From a virus (Duplodnaviria > Heunggongvirae > Uroviricota > Caudoviricetes), in IMG/VR virus record IMGVR_UViG_3300023174_000034: a stretch of DNA of 64,000 bases; one strand, written 5' to 3'. Position numbers and translations under genes: made by a program. The notes under the pieces are model-generated. The model saw nothing but the letters and a program-made list of their open reading frames with translations. It searched no databases and had not been told where the DNA came from. Shown here in pieces: positions 50,231-58,953 of the stretch. Each line of letters opens with the position of its first letter. The stretch's first letter is position 1.

Positions 50231-52456
50231 TTATCTATAATAGGTCGAATACTGGCTGGATACCGCGGTCGATCCTGCGGCATACAACTGATTGGGCGGA
50301 AGTTTATTTGTTGTTGTTTGCCCGGACATGGTGCCTGTCCTGGCCCAGTTGGCGGCAGCATCTGCACCATACTCATGTGCCACAGCCAGCATGCCTGCTG
50401 TGTGTGCAGATGGTCCATCCGCCGGAACAACACCAGACTGTACTAGTGTTTGATAATTTCTTACAGCGTATTCCTTGGCCGCATCTTCTTGTGCAGAAGG
50501 ATTTTGCAAGAATCCAGCCATTCCTCCACGGTCTTTCCAGGTATCCGTTCTATCCAATGCACCTCCGTTTGGATATTTTGCACTTGACCCAGGTTTTAAT
50601 AGTCCTGTACTTTCTAATGCTTCTTGATTCATACCGTAGCGTCCTGCACCTTCACCTTGACGCATGCCATAGTCCAGGCCAGCTGGTTGTCCGCTGCCAT
50701 AAGATTTAGCAAATCCCAATCCTGTCAAGTAAGAACTGACATCTCCTTGTGTCATGTTGCCAACTGGCGTGGATGCGTTTGGCGCAGTGGACGAGTCGTA
50801 ACTGCTGACCTTGGGAATCATTTTGCTAGGCAATGTGTTATTTTGCAATGCGCTGGCCACACCAGGATGACGTTGCAAAAAGTCGCCTTTCAGTAACCCA
50901 CTTATGTCACCAGCGCCAATTACTGAAATCTGTCCATTATCGTCCACTGTGAGATTACTTGAGCTTTGACCAGCAGGAGAACTAAAGCTGGGTGCCGGGC
51001 CTGTGGCTTGATTCACTGCTTGTCTTGTTATAACATCAAACCCCATGCGATCCCAAGGTTCGTGTGTGGGAAATATAGGACAGATAGTTGGGCTGGCTGA
51101 CTTGGTAGTATCAACTTTCCAAAGCCCAGTTGCGTTGTCTTGCACAGTGTCTTTGTTTTTGTCATACAATGCCAAGCCTCTGGGTGCTTTGGGTGTGGTT
51201 GCGGCTTTGTTGTCAGCAAGCGAAACAGTCTTTTGAGCATCAATTGATATAGATCCTCCTGAATTGACACTGATATCGCCCTTGCCGTCTAACACAATTT
51301 TTCCTTTTTGACTTATAAGGTTTAGTACACTATCACCAAATAATTCAAGTTCCTTACCGCCAGTGATTCCAATTTTGTTTTTGCCCTCAATGGTCATATC
51401 ACCATCGGTACGCATTTGAATTCCTTTGATTGCCATTACACGGAATGTTTCATCAGTGTGGATGTTGAAATCTCCACGGGTACGCATTGTTATTCCTCCG
51501 CTGGAAAAAGCAAACACCTGCCCGCTTTGTGTCATTTCAAACCAACTGCTACCACTTGCATTGATTACATAGATACTGCCTGCATCGTCATCCATTAGGA
51601 TCTGATGCCCACTGGCACTACGCATCTTCATGTGAGATCCGGCGCCAGAATAATCGCCGTCGTCTAGCACAAACACATGTCCGCCTTCGCGTTCATACAC
51701 TTGTTCAGTTGACTTGGGAATTCCATTGCGCCCCATGGGCTTGCCAGGAGTGCTGATGCCATACACTTGACTTGGCATGTCTCGCTGTGAGCTGGCATTA
51801 CGCGGACCTCGAATTGGATCGCCAATCAGACCTTGAGCAATGTACTGCGCGGCCAATATTTCGTGTATCACACGTTTTCTATCTTGTATGTCTTCGCTGG
51901 TTTTTTTGTATGGGTTGAATTCAGCCAGTGGTACAAATACCTTGCCAATTTTCATTGCTTGTTGTATTGCTGTTTTAAGTTTACCATTTTGCAGTGTGGC
52001 AAGATCAACGTCGACTCCAACTTCGCCGCCACTGTTGGATGGCATTCCGCTATGGCCTTTACGATCCATTACGCAAGCAAACCAAAATCCTCTGTTGGGA
52101 TCTCCATTGACAAATGTACACAACACTTGATTGCCAATGTCCGGAGGTACTGCCCAAAAACCGTAACTCATGCCATTGTTTTCAAAACTTTCAGCTTGTG
52201 ACTTTGCACCCTTGACTCCGCGACTGTTTGTAGTGCCCATGAAAGGGCTGGCATAGCGTACTGGGCGCCAACCGCCGTCGTCGTTTTCGTCGCCGCCCAG
52301 CTCAGGAATCCAAACTTTGAGTTTTCCTGCTCGGTCAGGGTCATTGACATTTTTTACTACACCAATATAAGTTCCTGGTTGTAGTTGGGTGCCCGCTGGT
52401 TTGCCCGAGTAAATACTCGAAACATTTTGACCCATTACACTGTCTGATTTACTCAT
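50231..52456 (-). CDS. gp5: baseplate hub central spike (gp5-like): OB fold, beta-helix, C-terminal lysozyme-like domain
   Basis: GVVKNVNDPDRAGKLKVWIP, VPPDIGNQVLC.F, GHVFVLDD, SGHQILMDD repeats. Confidence 0.8.
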   Translation of the reverse strand: MSKSDSVMGQNVSSIYSGKPAGTQLQPGTYIGVVKNVNDPDRAGKLKVWIPELGGDENDDGGWRPVRYASPFMGTTNSRGVKGAKSQAESFENNGMSYGFWAVPPDIGNQVLCTFVNGDPNRGFWFACVMDRKGHSGMPSNSGGEVGVDVDLATLQNGKLKTAIQQAMKIGKVFVPLAEFNPYKKTSEDIQDRKRVIHEILAAQYIAQGLIGDPIRGPRNASSQRDMPSQVYGISTPGKPMGRNGIPKSTEQVYEREGGHVFVLDDGDYSGAGSHMKMRSASGHQILMDDDAGSIYVINASGSSWFEMTQSGQVFAFSSGGITMRTRGDFNIHTDETFRVMAIKGIQMRTDGDMTIEGKNKIGITGGKELELFGDSVLNLISQKGKIVLDGKGDISVNSGGSISIDAQKTVSLADNKAATTPKAPRGLALYDKNKDTVQDNATGLWKVDTTKSASPTICPIFPTHEPWDRMGFDVITRQAVNQATGPAPSFSSPAGQSSSNLTVDDNGQISVIGAGDISGLLKGDFLQRHPGVASALQNNTLPSKMIPKVSSYDSSTAPNASTPVGNMTQGDVSSYLTGLGFAKSYGSGQPAGLDYGMRQGEGAGRYGMNQEALESTGLLKPGSSAKYPNGGALDRTDTWKDRGGMAGFLQNPSAQEDAAKEYAVRNYQTLVQSGVVPADGPSAHTAGMLAVAHEYGADAAANWARTGTMSGQTTTNKLPPNQLYAAGSTAVSSQYSTYYR

Positions 52457-52468
52457 TATTGAAATTCC

Positions 52469-55400
52469 TTATTCACCAAGGCCCCGGGCCGCCTCTGCCC
52501 GGCGGCGATTATCTTCTTCACGGCGGAGGTCGAGTACAACTTCGAAAGTTCCGCCAGTGCCTTCAACTCTACTGCCGCCAACTTTAATTCCTCTGGCTTG
52601 ATCTAATTTAGCCTGATCTTCCGCCGAGTAATTAACATTGCCATAAGGATCAACTATAGGTGTAACTACAACGTCAGACTGATTGGTGGCATTACCGACA
52701 CCTCCAGTATAACTAGTTCCGCTATTTGGTCCTGGCTGCAATGTCTTGGGTTGATATGTTGTTGCGGTACCTGCGTTTTCGCCTGGCTTGACACGATAAT
52801 TTGACAATCTATTTGCTTGTGCTACATCAGAGCTTCGATCTGTGGACTGTTTGATATCCTGATCCATGTACCTGATCAAGTTAAGAGTTTGTGTGAACTG
52901 TCCTCTAGAAAAGTCGGAATCAACCATGAGCAACTTATACACACCAGTGAACCCAGATTTTAATTTATTGCTGTCATAGAACCGTACGCCGCCTGTCCTA
53001 TCGTCGATATCAACTGGTGATCTAATTTCAACCCAGCACACAACTTCTGCGCTGTCCATTACAATACTATTGTTATTTTTTTTAGTTAGGTCTTTGCTAC
53101 TATCAGTAGGAGCCAATGGAGATCCCCTATTAACGTAGTCTACACCACCAATAGGTTGTACAGCAGTTTGACTTTGTCCAAGTGATGCAATTACTCCAGT
53201 AAACACATCGTCTTGTTTAATCAGTTCTGGATCTCCGATAATCTTCAGTGTGATGTTGAGCATTTCGCCACCAGCTGAACTATAAAGACTTTCAGATACA
53301 TTTGCCACTGCCATTGCAGTTGGGTCGCGACGCAGGTTTTTGCCTGCATTGGCAGGATCATCACTCACATGAACTATCACCCCTGGATTGGCTCCTTTGC
53401 CTTGTGCGGAGTTGTCGTTGGTTTCGGGATTATTCTCTGTTTGTGCATTGTATGAATTGTCGATATTTTTTGCTCTCAGTGCTGTAACTTTTGTAAAATA
53501 CACAAAGTCAAAATCAATTGCAAAATCAATCACAGACGTGTTTTGCCCAGTGTAGAAATACGGGTATTCTTTGCTACACAAGCTTCGGCTCGGCACTGCT
53601 TTTGGTAAACTTGGATGTGTCGTGTTCCATACTGTGTAAGGCACAACATAATATGTTGTGTCAAACGACCACTGATTGTTTTTATCGTCAAAATCTTGGA
53701 GTTTAACCAATGGAATTATTTTCCACCAGGTCACTAGACCTTGTACTTCTTTTATGCCGCCTGCCTTGGCTTCATCTTGGAGCACAATCTGTTTGCGAAT
53801 AAATTCACTTGACTGCATGGCAACATTGATTACTTCAGTGATCTGTGTGCCAGCAACAAAAGTAAAATTATCTTGTACTTGATTTGCTCTAACGTTGTCA
53901 CCATTTTTGGCGTCAGGACTCTTGGCCATGGCGCTGGCACCTACTGTTCCATCTTGGTCGCGCTGTCGGTAAACTTTATTGCCACCATTATCAGTGAACG
54001 TTTTATCAAATACCACAGAAATTTTATTTGGTGTTTTAACCTGGATGGCTTTTAATTTTACCAGGGTGTTTTGCCATTCGTTGTATGCGGCAACATAACT
54101 TTTAATCTCATAATTTTTGTCAGACAGTGCCTTGAGTTTGTTTTCATCAACTGCTCGTGCTTCTGCCAACCGGGTATTAGTTGCGGTGTTGGCTGGCGCC
54201 TGCTGGACTGCGTTTTGAAGCCGGGTGAGTTCTCGTGCGCCTGTGTCGGCTACCTGAGCCGAGGCCTTATCTTCAGACTGGAAGAATTCTTCCAGAGTGC
54301 CAGCGGTAACTGTAAAAGTAGCAGGAGTTGATGCACGAGTTTGTGACAGTGCATGGTGACTGAATGGAACTGCTGTACATCGATATTCGCTGCCTTTGGC
54401 TGAAGCTTTGATGGTCATACCAGTTAGTCTGATAGGTATAAATTTCTTCATATCTGCTATTTTGCCGCCGTCGGCTGAATAAAAATTGATTTCTAATAGA
54501 TAACAATTTGCAAAATACAAGCCTTTGCCGTCACTGAGCTCGTCTGTGGTTACTATCAGTCGGTCAATCAGAGATAATCCGTAGGGTTCTATTATGGTAA
54601 AGTCGCAATCAATTACGTTGGTACCTCTGCTGGTGCTATTGAGTCCAATCACTGAACTTAGCTTTAGACTTTCAAAGAAAAAGTTATCCTCCCACCCTTT
54701 GGCTCGGGGCGCACTGTCGGTGGACATGCCTGCACCTGATATCAGTGTGTTTGATGGTGAAAATGTTTGAGTCCTGTCGGTAGACACCATTGCATTGTAT
54801 TCTTGTTGTGTCAAGATGTGCAAAGAAATAGTGTAAGAATGTGATTCATATGCATCCAGTGGGTTGGGCCGCAAAGCGACTTGACGGGGTGCAGTTTCGC
54901 TGGCGCCAGCATCTGTCTGGGCTGATTGATTTGCGAATCTTACTTTAGTAATTTCATCAGGTTCGTCAGACCTTGATTTTGGTGCATCATTTGGAATTTC
55001 TAATGGTACTTGATTCCGCCAGTCGTCAGCAAGCCTTTGTGCTAAAAGTGCATTATTTTGTCTAGCAAAACTGGTAGGCATTTCTACTAAACCAAGAGAT
55101 TGATCGACTTGTTGTTGATTGGTTTTTGATCTTACTGCACGTTTCAATGCCGCTAGTTCGTCGCTGGCCAACGCAGCCGACCCAATTGGCCTGCGCCCAC
55201 TGTCAACAAAAGGATCAACCACACTAACTTGTGGGTATCGTGTTCTAGGAGTGTCTTCAAGGGTGGTGTCTTGAAGCGTTTTGGTTATAAGGTAGTTCTG
55301 GTACGGAGTACCGTAAGGCTTGGCACCAGTGGTTTTTTCTACTGATACTACATAATTTTGGAAGTCTTTGAAGTACGGATCACGTTGCAAGTCAGCGATC

Positions 55401-55798
55401 GAAGTGATGGTATCAGTTTGCCCTAGTCGGTAAACGCCTTGTTCTTTTGCCCAGGCTTTGAATGTTTCTATTTCGTTGTTTTGTTCGCGAACAATCAACG
55501 TGTTTTCATTGTTCTTTTCTTTGAAAAACTCGTTGTCGTCTCGGCTGGCATTATACTCTTGTCCAGTCTGTGTGACAATGACCAACGTGCCATCGGGTTT
55601 GTAGTAAACACTAGTGGCAGTTAGGTCTTTAAGGGCGGGACTGCCTGTTGAATTTCTTGTTGCATTCCGTAGGAGAACATCACTGGCTGCGTCAAGTTGG
55701 GCTTGTTGGGCCTGGCTGATATTTTGTTGAGTCGTACTTTCTAGCACAGCACCCTGAGCAACACTCGCGGCTTCTTCTGAACTTAGGTCATTTGCCAT
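52469..55798 (-). CDS. baseplate hub protein (gp27/late-control D-like) with long low-complexity N-terminus
   Basis: Position between gp53-like and gp5-like genes; LKIIGDP and GVYKLL.V.S.F..G.FTQ.L.L.R C-terminal pattern. Confidence 0.55.
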   Translation of the reverse strand: MANDLSSEEAASVAQGAVLESTTQQNISQAQQAQLDAASDVLLRNATRNSTGSPALKDLTATSVYYKPDGTLVIVTQTGQEYNASRDDNEFFKEKNNENTLIVREQNNEIETFKAWAKEQGVYRLGQTDTITSIADLQRDPYFKDFQNYVVSVEKTTGAKPYGTPYQNYLITKTLQDTTLEDTPRTRYPQVSVVDPFVDSGRRPIGSAALASDELAALKRAVRSKTNQQQVDQSLGLVEMPTSFARQNNALLAQRLADDWRNQVPLEIPNDAPKSRSDEPDEITKVRFANQSAQTDAGASETAPRQVALRPNPLDAYESHSYTISLHILTQQEYNAMVSTDRTQTFSPSNTLISGAGMSTDSAPRAKGWEDNFFFESLKLSSVIGLNSTSRGTNVIDCDFTIIEPYGLSLIDRLIVTTDELSDGKGLYFANCYLLEINFYSADGGKIADMKKFIPIRLTGMTIKASAKGSEYRCTAVPFSHHALSQTRASTPATFTVTAGTLEEFFQSEDKASAQVADTGARELTRLQNAVQQAPANTATNTRLAEARAVDENKLKALSDKNYEIKSYVAAYNEWQNTLVKLKAIQVKTPNKISVVFDKTFTDNGGNKVYRQRDQDGTVGASAMAKSPDAKNGDNVRANQVQDNFTFVAGTQITEVINVAMQSSEFIRKQIVLQDEAKAGGIKEVQGLVTWWKIIPLVKLQDFDDKNNQWSFDTTYYVVPYTVWNTTHPSLPKAVPSRSLCSKEYPYFYTGQNTSVIDFAIDFDFVYFTKVTALRAKNIDNSYNAQTENNPETNDNSAQGKGANPGVIVHVSDDPANAGKNLRRDPTAMAVANVSESLYSSAGGEMLNITLKIIGDPELIKQDDVFTGVIASLGQSQTAVQPIGGVDYVNRGSPLAPTDSSKDLTKKNNNSIVMDSAEVVCWVEIRSPVDIDDRTGGVRFYDSNKLKSGFTGVYKLLMVDSDFSRGQFTQTLNLIRYMDQDIKQSTDRSSDVAQANRLSNYRVKPGENAGTATTYQPKTLQPGPNSGTSYTGGVGNATNQSDVVVTPIVDPYGNVNYSAEDQAKLDQARGIKVGGSRVEGTGGTFEVVLDLRREEDNRRRAEAARGLGE

Positions 55799-55801
55799 CT
55801 A

Positions 55802-56107
55802 TTACAATCCTAGTGCAGAGTCAAGATCAACCTTTTTAGGAATACGAATAGTAATACCTGCAATAAAGTCACCCAGTGGATCTGTGATCACGTTGGGGTT
55901 TCTCATGGCAAACACCCACCACAGGCCTGCATCTCCGTATAGGTCAAATGCCAGTAGGTCAGGACGACCTTGGTATGCTCGTTCAATCGTATATACCACA
56001 TCGTCTTTACGAAAGTCTACACTGCGTTTTTCTAGCACATCCAGAAATGTTCCGTATTTTTGTGTTTTGAAATAAGGACTGCTTCTATTGTAATTTGCGT
56101 TTGCCAT
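55802..56107 (-). CDS. gp53: baseplate wedge gp53-like (LysM-like) protein
   Basis: RPDLLAFDLYG...LWWVFA.RN....DP...F..G..IRIP. Confidence 0.8.
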   Translation of the reverse strand: MANANYNRSSPYFKTQKYGTFLDVLEKRSVDFRKDDVVYTIERAYQGRPDLLAFDLYGDAGLWWVFAMRNPNVITDPLGDFIAGITIRIPKKVDLDSALGL

Positions 56108-56913
56108 TATAGTTGGCCTCCACCAGGTTGGTTGGTTTTTGTGCCGCTGCCGCCTAGGAATCCGCCTTTAGTGAAATCATCCAACAGCATCTTTTCAGAT
56201 TGTCGTTTGCGACTCACTACTGGTTGCAGAGTAACTGTTAGTGTGCTGGAGATTGGCATCCATCCGTATGAACCGTCCCCAATGATGTATTTGATGTAGT
56301 CCACGTCTTCCGGCATGGTATGTGATACCGAAGTTACCACGCAATTGATGCTGGGCAAATAATGCTCGCCGTATCCGTACAGTCTGACCAATGTGGGAGG
56401 AGTTCCTGCTTTTGGATTGTCTGCTCCAAATTCCATTTTGGTACAAGCACGTAGGAACTGCACACTGGCCATTAAATATTCCGCTTCGCTTGCATCCTGA
56501 CAGGTAAATACACCAGCGATAGATATCGACGAGACATCGCTACCTTCATAGAAGTAGTTTTTGTAATTGCTATGGACCAGAGCCTGTTCGTTGTATCGTG
56601 CATTATGCGCTATGGTAACTGATGGGGTATACGGGAACACCACGCCGCTTCGCCAGAAGTCACTTGTGCCGTTTACACCAAATAATACACCGGTCAGTCC
56701 AGCGTACTGTTGCATGTATGCAAATTTGCTCAAAGGTGGTAACCCAATTCGCACTCGCCAATCTGTTGATGCACTGGCATCACTATTGGCGTTAGGAGAT
56801 ATGTATGTACGTTGGCTGCTTTGGAGCAAGGCTCCTCCAAGGTCAGCTCGGTTGTTGCCTATTGCCGTGGCCGTCTTGTAGCCTCCGGCTCGTAATGCAG
56901 TTGATCTGGTCAT
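56107..56913 (-). CDS. baseplate-tail tube junction protein (gp48/gp54-like)
   Basis: FPYTP, PPTLVRLYGYG, CVVTSVS, VTLQP pattern; first gene of the baseplate operon. Confidence 0.6.
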   Translation of the reverse strand: MTRSTALRAGGYKTATAIGNNRADLGGALLQSSQRTYISPNANSDASASTDWRVRIGLPPLSKFAYMQQYAGLTGVLFGVNGTSDFWRSGVVFPYTPSVTIAHNARYNEQALVHSNYKNYFYEGSDVSSISIAGVFTCQDASEAEYLMASVQFLRACTKMEFGADNPKAGTPPTLVRLYGYGEHYLPSINCVVTSVSHTMPEDVDYIKYIIGDGSYGWMPISSTLTVTLQPVVSRKRQSEKMLLDDFTKGGFLGGSGTKTNQPGGGQL

Positions 56914-56914
56914 G

Positions 56915-56944
56915 TCAGAAACCTCTTGTGTTTCTGATATTTAT
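56915..56944 (-). promoter_or_regulatory. late promoter ATAAATA followed by an RBS-containing hairpin
   Basis: Minus strand ATAAATA-TCAGAAAC-acaagag-GTTTCTGA-c-ATG; perfect 8-bp stem. Confidence 0.65.
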
Positions 56945-56985
56945 CTGTTAAAATATATGGTAGCTTTATAAGGATACTCACAAAC

Positions 56986-57885
56986 ATGAAACACAATTAC
57001 CTTAATAACAAGGACATCTTGAAAGAGATACACAAGAGCAAAAGTACCTATTGTTGGTTTGCACAGCCTAGCGATGCTGATTATGACATGATCATCACTG
57101 ACGGACGCAAAATTACCAAGAAGGATATTACCGAAGCTAAAAAGAATCGAGCAGAACGACTGGGCAAAATTGCACACGAAGCTGCCACAGCAGATGGTAC
57201 AAAGATTAAATTGGACGAATTTGTTGTAAAGCATACCAAAGTCCCCGAAGAAGATCTGGTATTTCGCGTGATGACCTGGGAACATGTGCCAATCATGGAT
57301 GTGGTTAAAACTGTCAAAAAGCGTGGCAAGGCTGAGCCTGTGGACGAAGATGACAGCATTGACAACGAGTATGATGCTGGTGCAGAAGAACCTGCCAAGC
57401 CTACCAAGTTTGTCAAGGTTAATTTTCCACCGTTCAAACACATCAAACTCACCCGTGATACAGAAGAAAATCTAGTACAAGTCACTGTGGGTATCAGTCA
57501 CTGGAAGGGCACACCGGACACTGGATGCTATTCACGTGACCACGGAGGTATGACCAACAAACTGGCACACATGTTTATGAAACTGTGTGAACGCTATGCC
57601 ACAAGATCAAACTGGAGAGGATACACCTACAATGACGAAATGCGAAGCCAAGCCTTGTTACAACTCAGCCAAATTGGACTCCAATTTGACGAGTCCAAAT
57701 CGCAGAACCCGTTTGCGTATTATACTGCCGCTATCACTAATAGCTTTACTCGTGTCTTGAACATTGAAAAGCGCAATCAAAACCTACGCGATGACATCTT
57801 GCAAATGAACAACTTGAACCCAAGTTACACACGCCAGATGGCCAGCAGTGGTGGCGGTGGCGGTGGTGGCAGCTACGAAGAGTAA
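56986..57885 (+). CDS. gp55: late-transcription sigma factor (T4 gp55-like)
   Basis: NYLNNKDIL N-terminus; NWRGYTYNDEM...FDESKSQNPFAYYT...F.R.LNIEK; gp55-gp47-gp46 synteny as in T4. Confidence 0.85.
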   Translation: MKHNYLNNKDILKEIHKSKSTYCWFAQPSDADYDMIITDGRKITKKDITEAKKNRAERLGKIAHEAATADGTKIKLDEFVVKHTKVPEEDLVFRVMTWEHVPIMDVVKTVKKRGKAEPVDEDDSIDNEYDAGAEEPAKPTKFVKVNFPPFKHIKLTRDTEENLVQVTVGISHWKGTPDTGCYSRDHGGMTNKLAHMFMKLCERYATRSNWRGYTYNDEMRSQALLQLSQIGLQFDESKSQNPFAYYTAAITNSFTRVLNIEKRNQNLRDDILQMNNLNPSYTRQMASSGGGGGGGSYEE

Positions 57886-57899
57886 GATTATCAAAAGAC

Positions 57900-57928
57900 T
57901 TGCACTTACTGGTGCAAGCGTCTATAAT
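57900..57928 (+). promoter_or_regulatory. sigma70-type promoter for gp47/gp46, with an inverted repeat over the -35
   Basis: TTGCAC (57900-57905), 17 nt, TATAAT (57923-57928); CTTGCAC/GTGCAAG repeat 57899-57918. Confidence 0.65.
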
Positions 57929-57936
57929 GGAGTGCT

Positions 57937-58953
57937 ATGAGTAATCTATTCAAGAAGGCCGCGGTCTTCACTGACATCCACTTTGGCTTGAAGTCAAACA
58001 GCATCACCCACAACGAGGACTGTTTAGCATTTGTTAAATGGGCAGTTGCCAAAGCAAAAGCAGAAGGTTGTGAAACCTGCCTGTTCCTTGGCGACTGGCA
58101 CAACAACAGAGCCGCACTAAACATTCTCACATTGAACTACAGTCTCCGGGCACTGGAGCACATGAACAACAACTTTGATGCTGTGTACTTTATTCCTGGC
58201 AATCACGACTTGTACTACAGAGACAAGCGCGATATACAAAGTGTTGAATGGGCGCGGCACCTGCCCAACGTTCATATCTGCAACGATTGGTTCAGTGAGG
58301 GAAATGTAACTATTGCCCCATGGCTAGTGGGTGATGATCACAAGAAGCTGTTGAAGAAAAAAGGCAAGTACTGCTTTGGACATTTTGAACTGCCTGGCTA
58401 CTACATGAATGCCATGGTACAGATGCCAGACATTGGCGAGGCCAAAAGCGAAGACTTGATGGGCTTTGAAAAAGTGTTCTCTGGACATTTCCACAAGCGC
58501 CAGACCAACAGCAATATTACCTATATCGGCAACTGCTTTCCACACAACTATGCAGATGACGGTGACGAAGAACGTGGCATGATGATACTTGAGTGGGACA
58601 AGGAACCGGAGTACCATGCCTGGCCCGATCAACCCACATATCGTGTGTTGAGTTTGTCCAGCATTGTGGATCATGCAGACAAGATTCTCAAACCCAGGAT
58701 GCACGCCAGGATCAATATTGACATTGATCTCAGCTATGAAGAAGCTAACTTTATCAAAGAAACTTTTATGGAGACCTACAAACTACGTGAGTTGAGTTTG
58801 TTGCCAAAGAAAGAAATTGATACAAACGAAGGCGTGGCCATTGGCGAAATTAAATTTGAAAGTATCGACACAATCGTGCAAAATCAAATCAACGCAATTT
58901 CAAGCGAACACTACGATCGCAATCTATTGTTAGATATCTACAGGAACTGTTAA
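57937..58953 (+). CDS. gp47: recombination endonuclease subunit (Mre11/SbcD, T4 gp47-like)
   Basis: Phosphoesterase motifs DIH, GDW, GNHD, GHF, SGHFH. Confidence 0.93.
   Translation: MSNLFKKAAVFTDIHFGLKSNSITHNEDCLAFVKWAVAKAKAEGCETCLFLGDWHNNRAALNILTLNYSLRALEHMNNNFDAVYFIPGNHDLYYRDKRDIQSVEWARHLPNVHICNDWFSEGNVTIAPWLVGDDHKKLLKKKGKYCFGHFELPGYYMNAMVQMPDIGEAKSEDLMGFEKVFSGHFHKRQTNSNITYIGNCFPHNYADDGDEERGMMILEWDKEPEYHAWPDQPTYRVLSLSSIVDHADKILKPRMHARINIDIDLSYEEANFIKETFMETYKLRELSLLPKKEIDTNEGVAIGEIKFESIDTIVQNQINAISSEHYDRNLLLDIYRNC

Noticed and set aside
20320-56913. Numerous 60-180 aa plus-strand ORFs opposite the structural genes
   Set aside because: Antisense shadows of codon-biased genes; no RBS or motifs.
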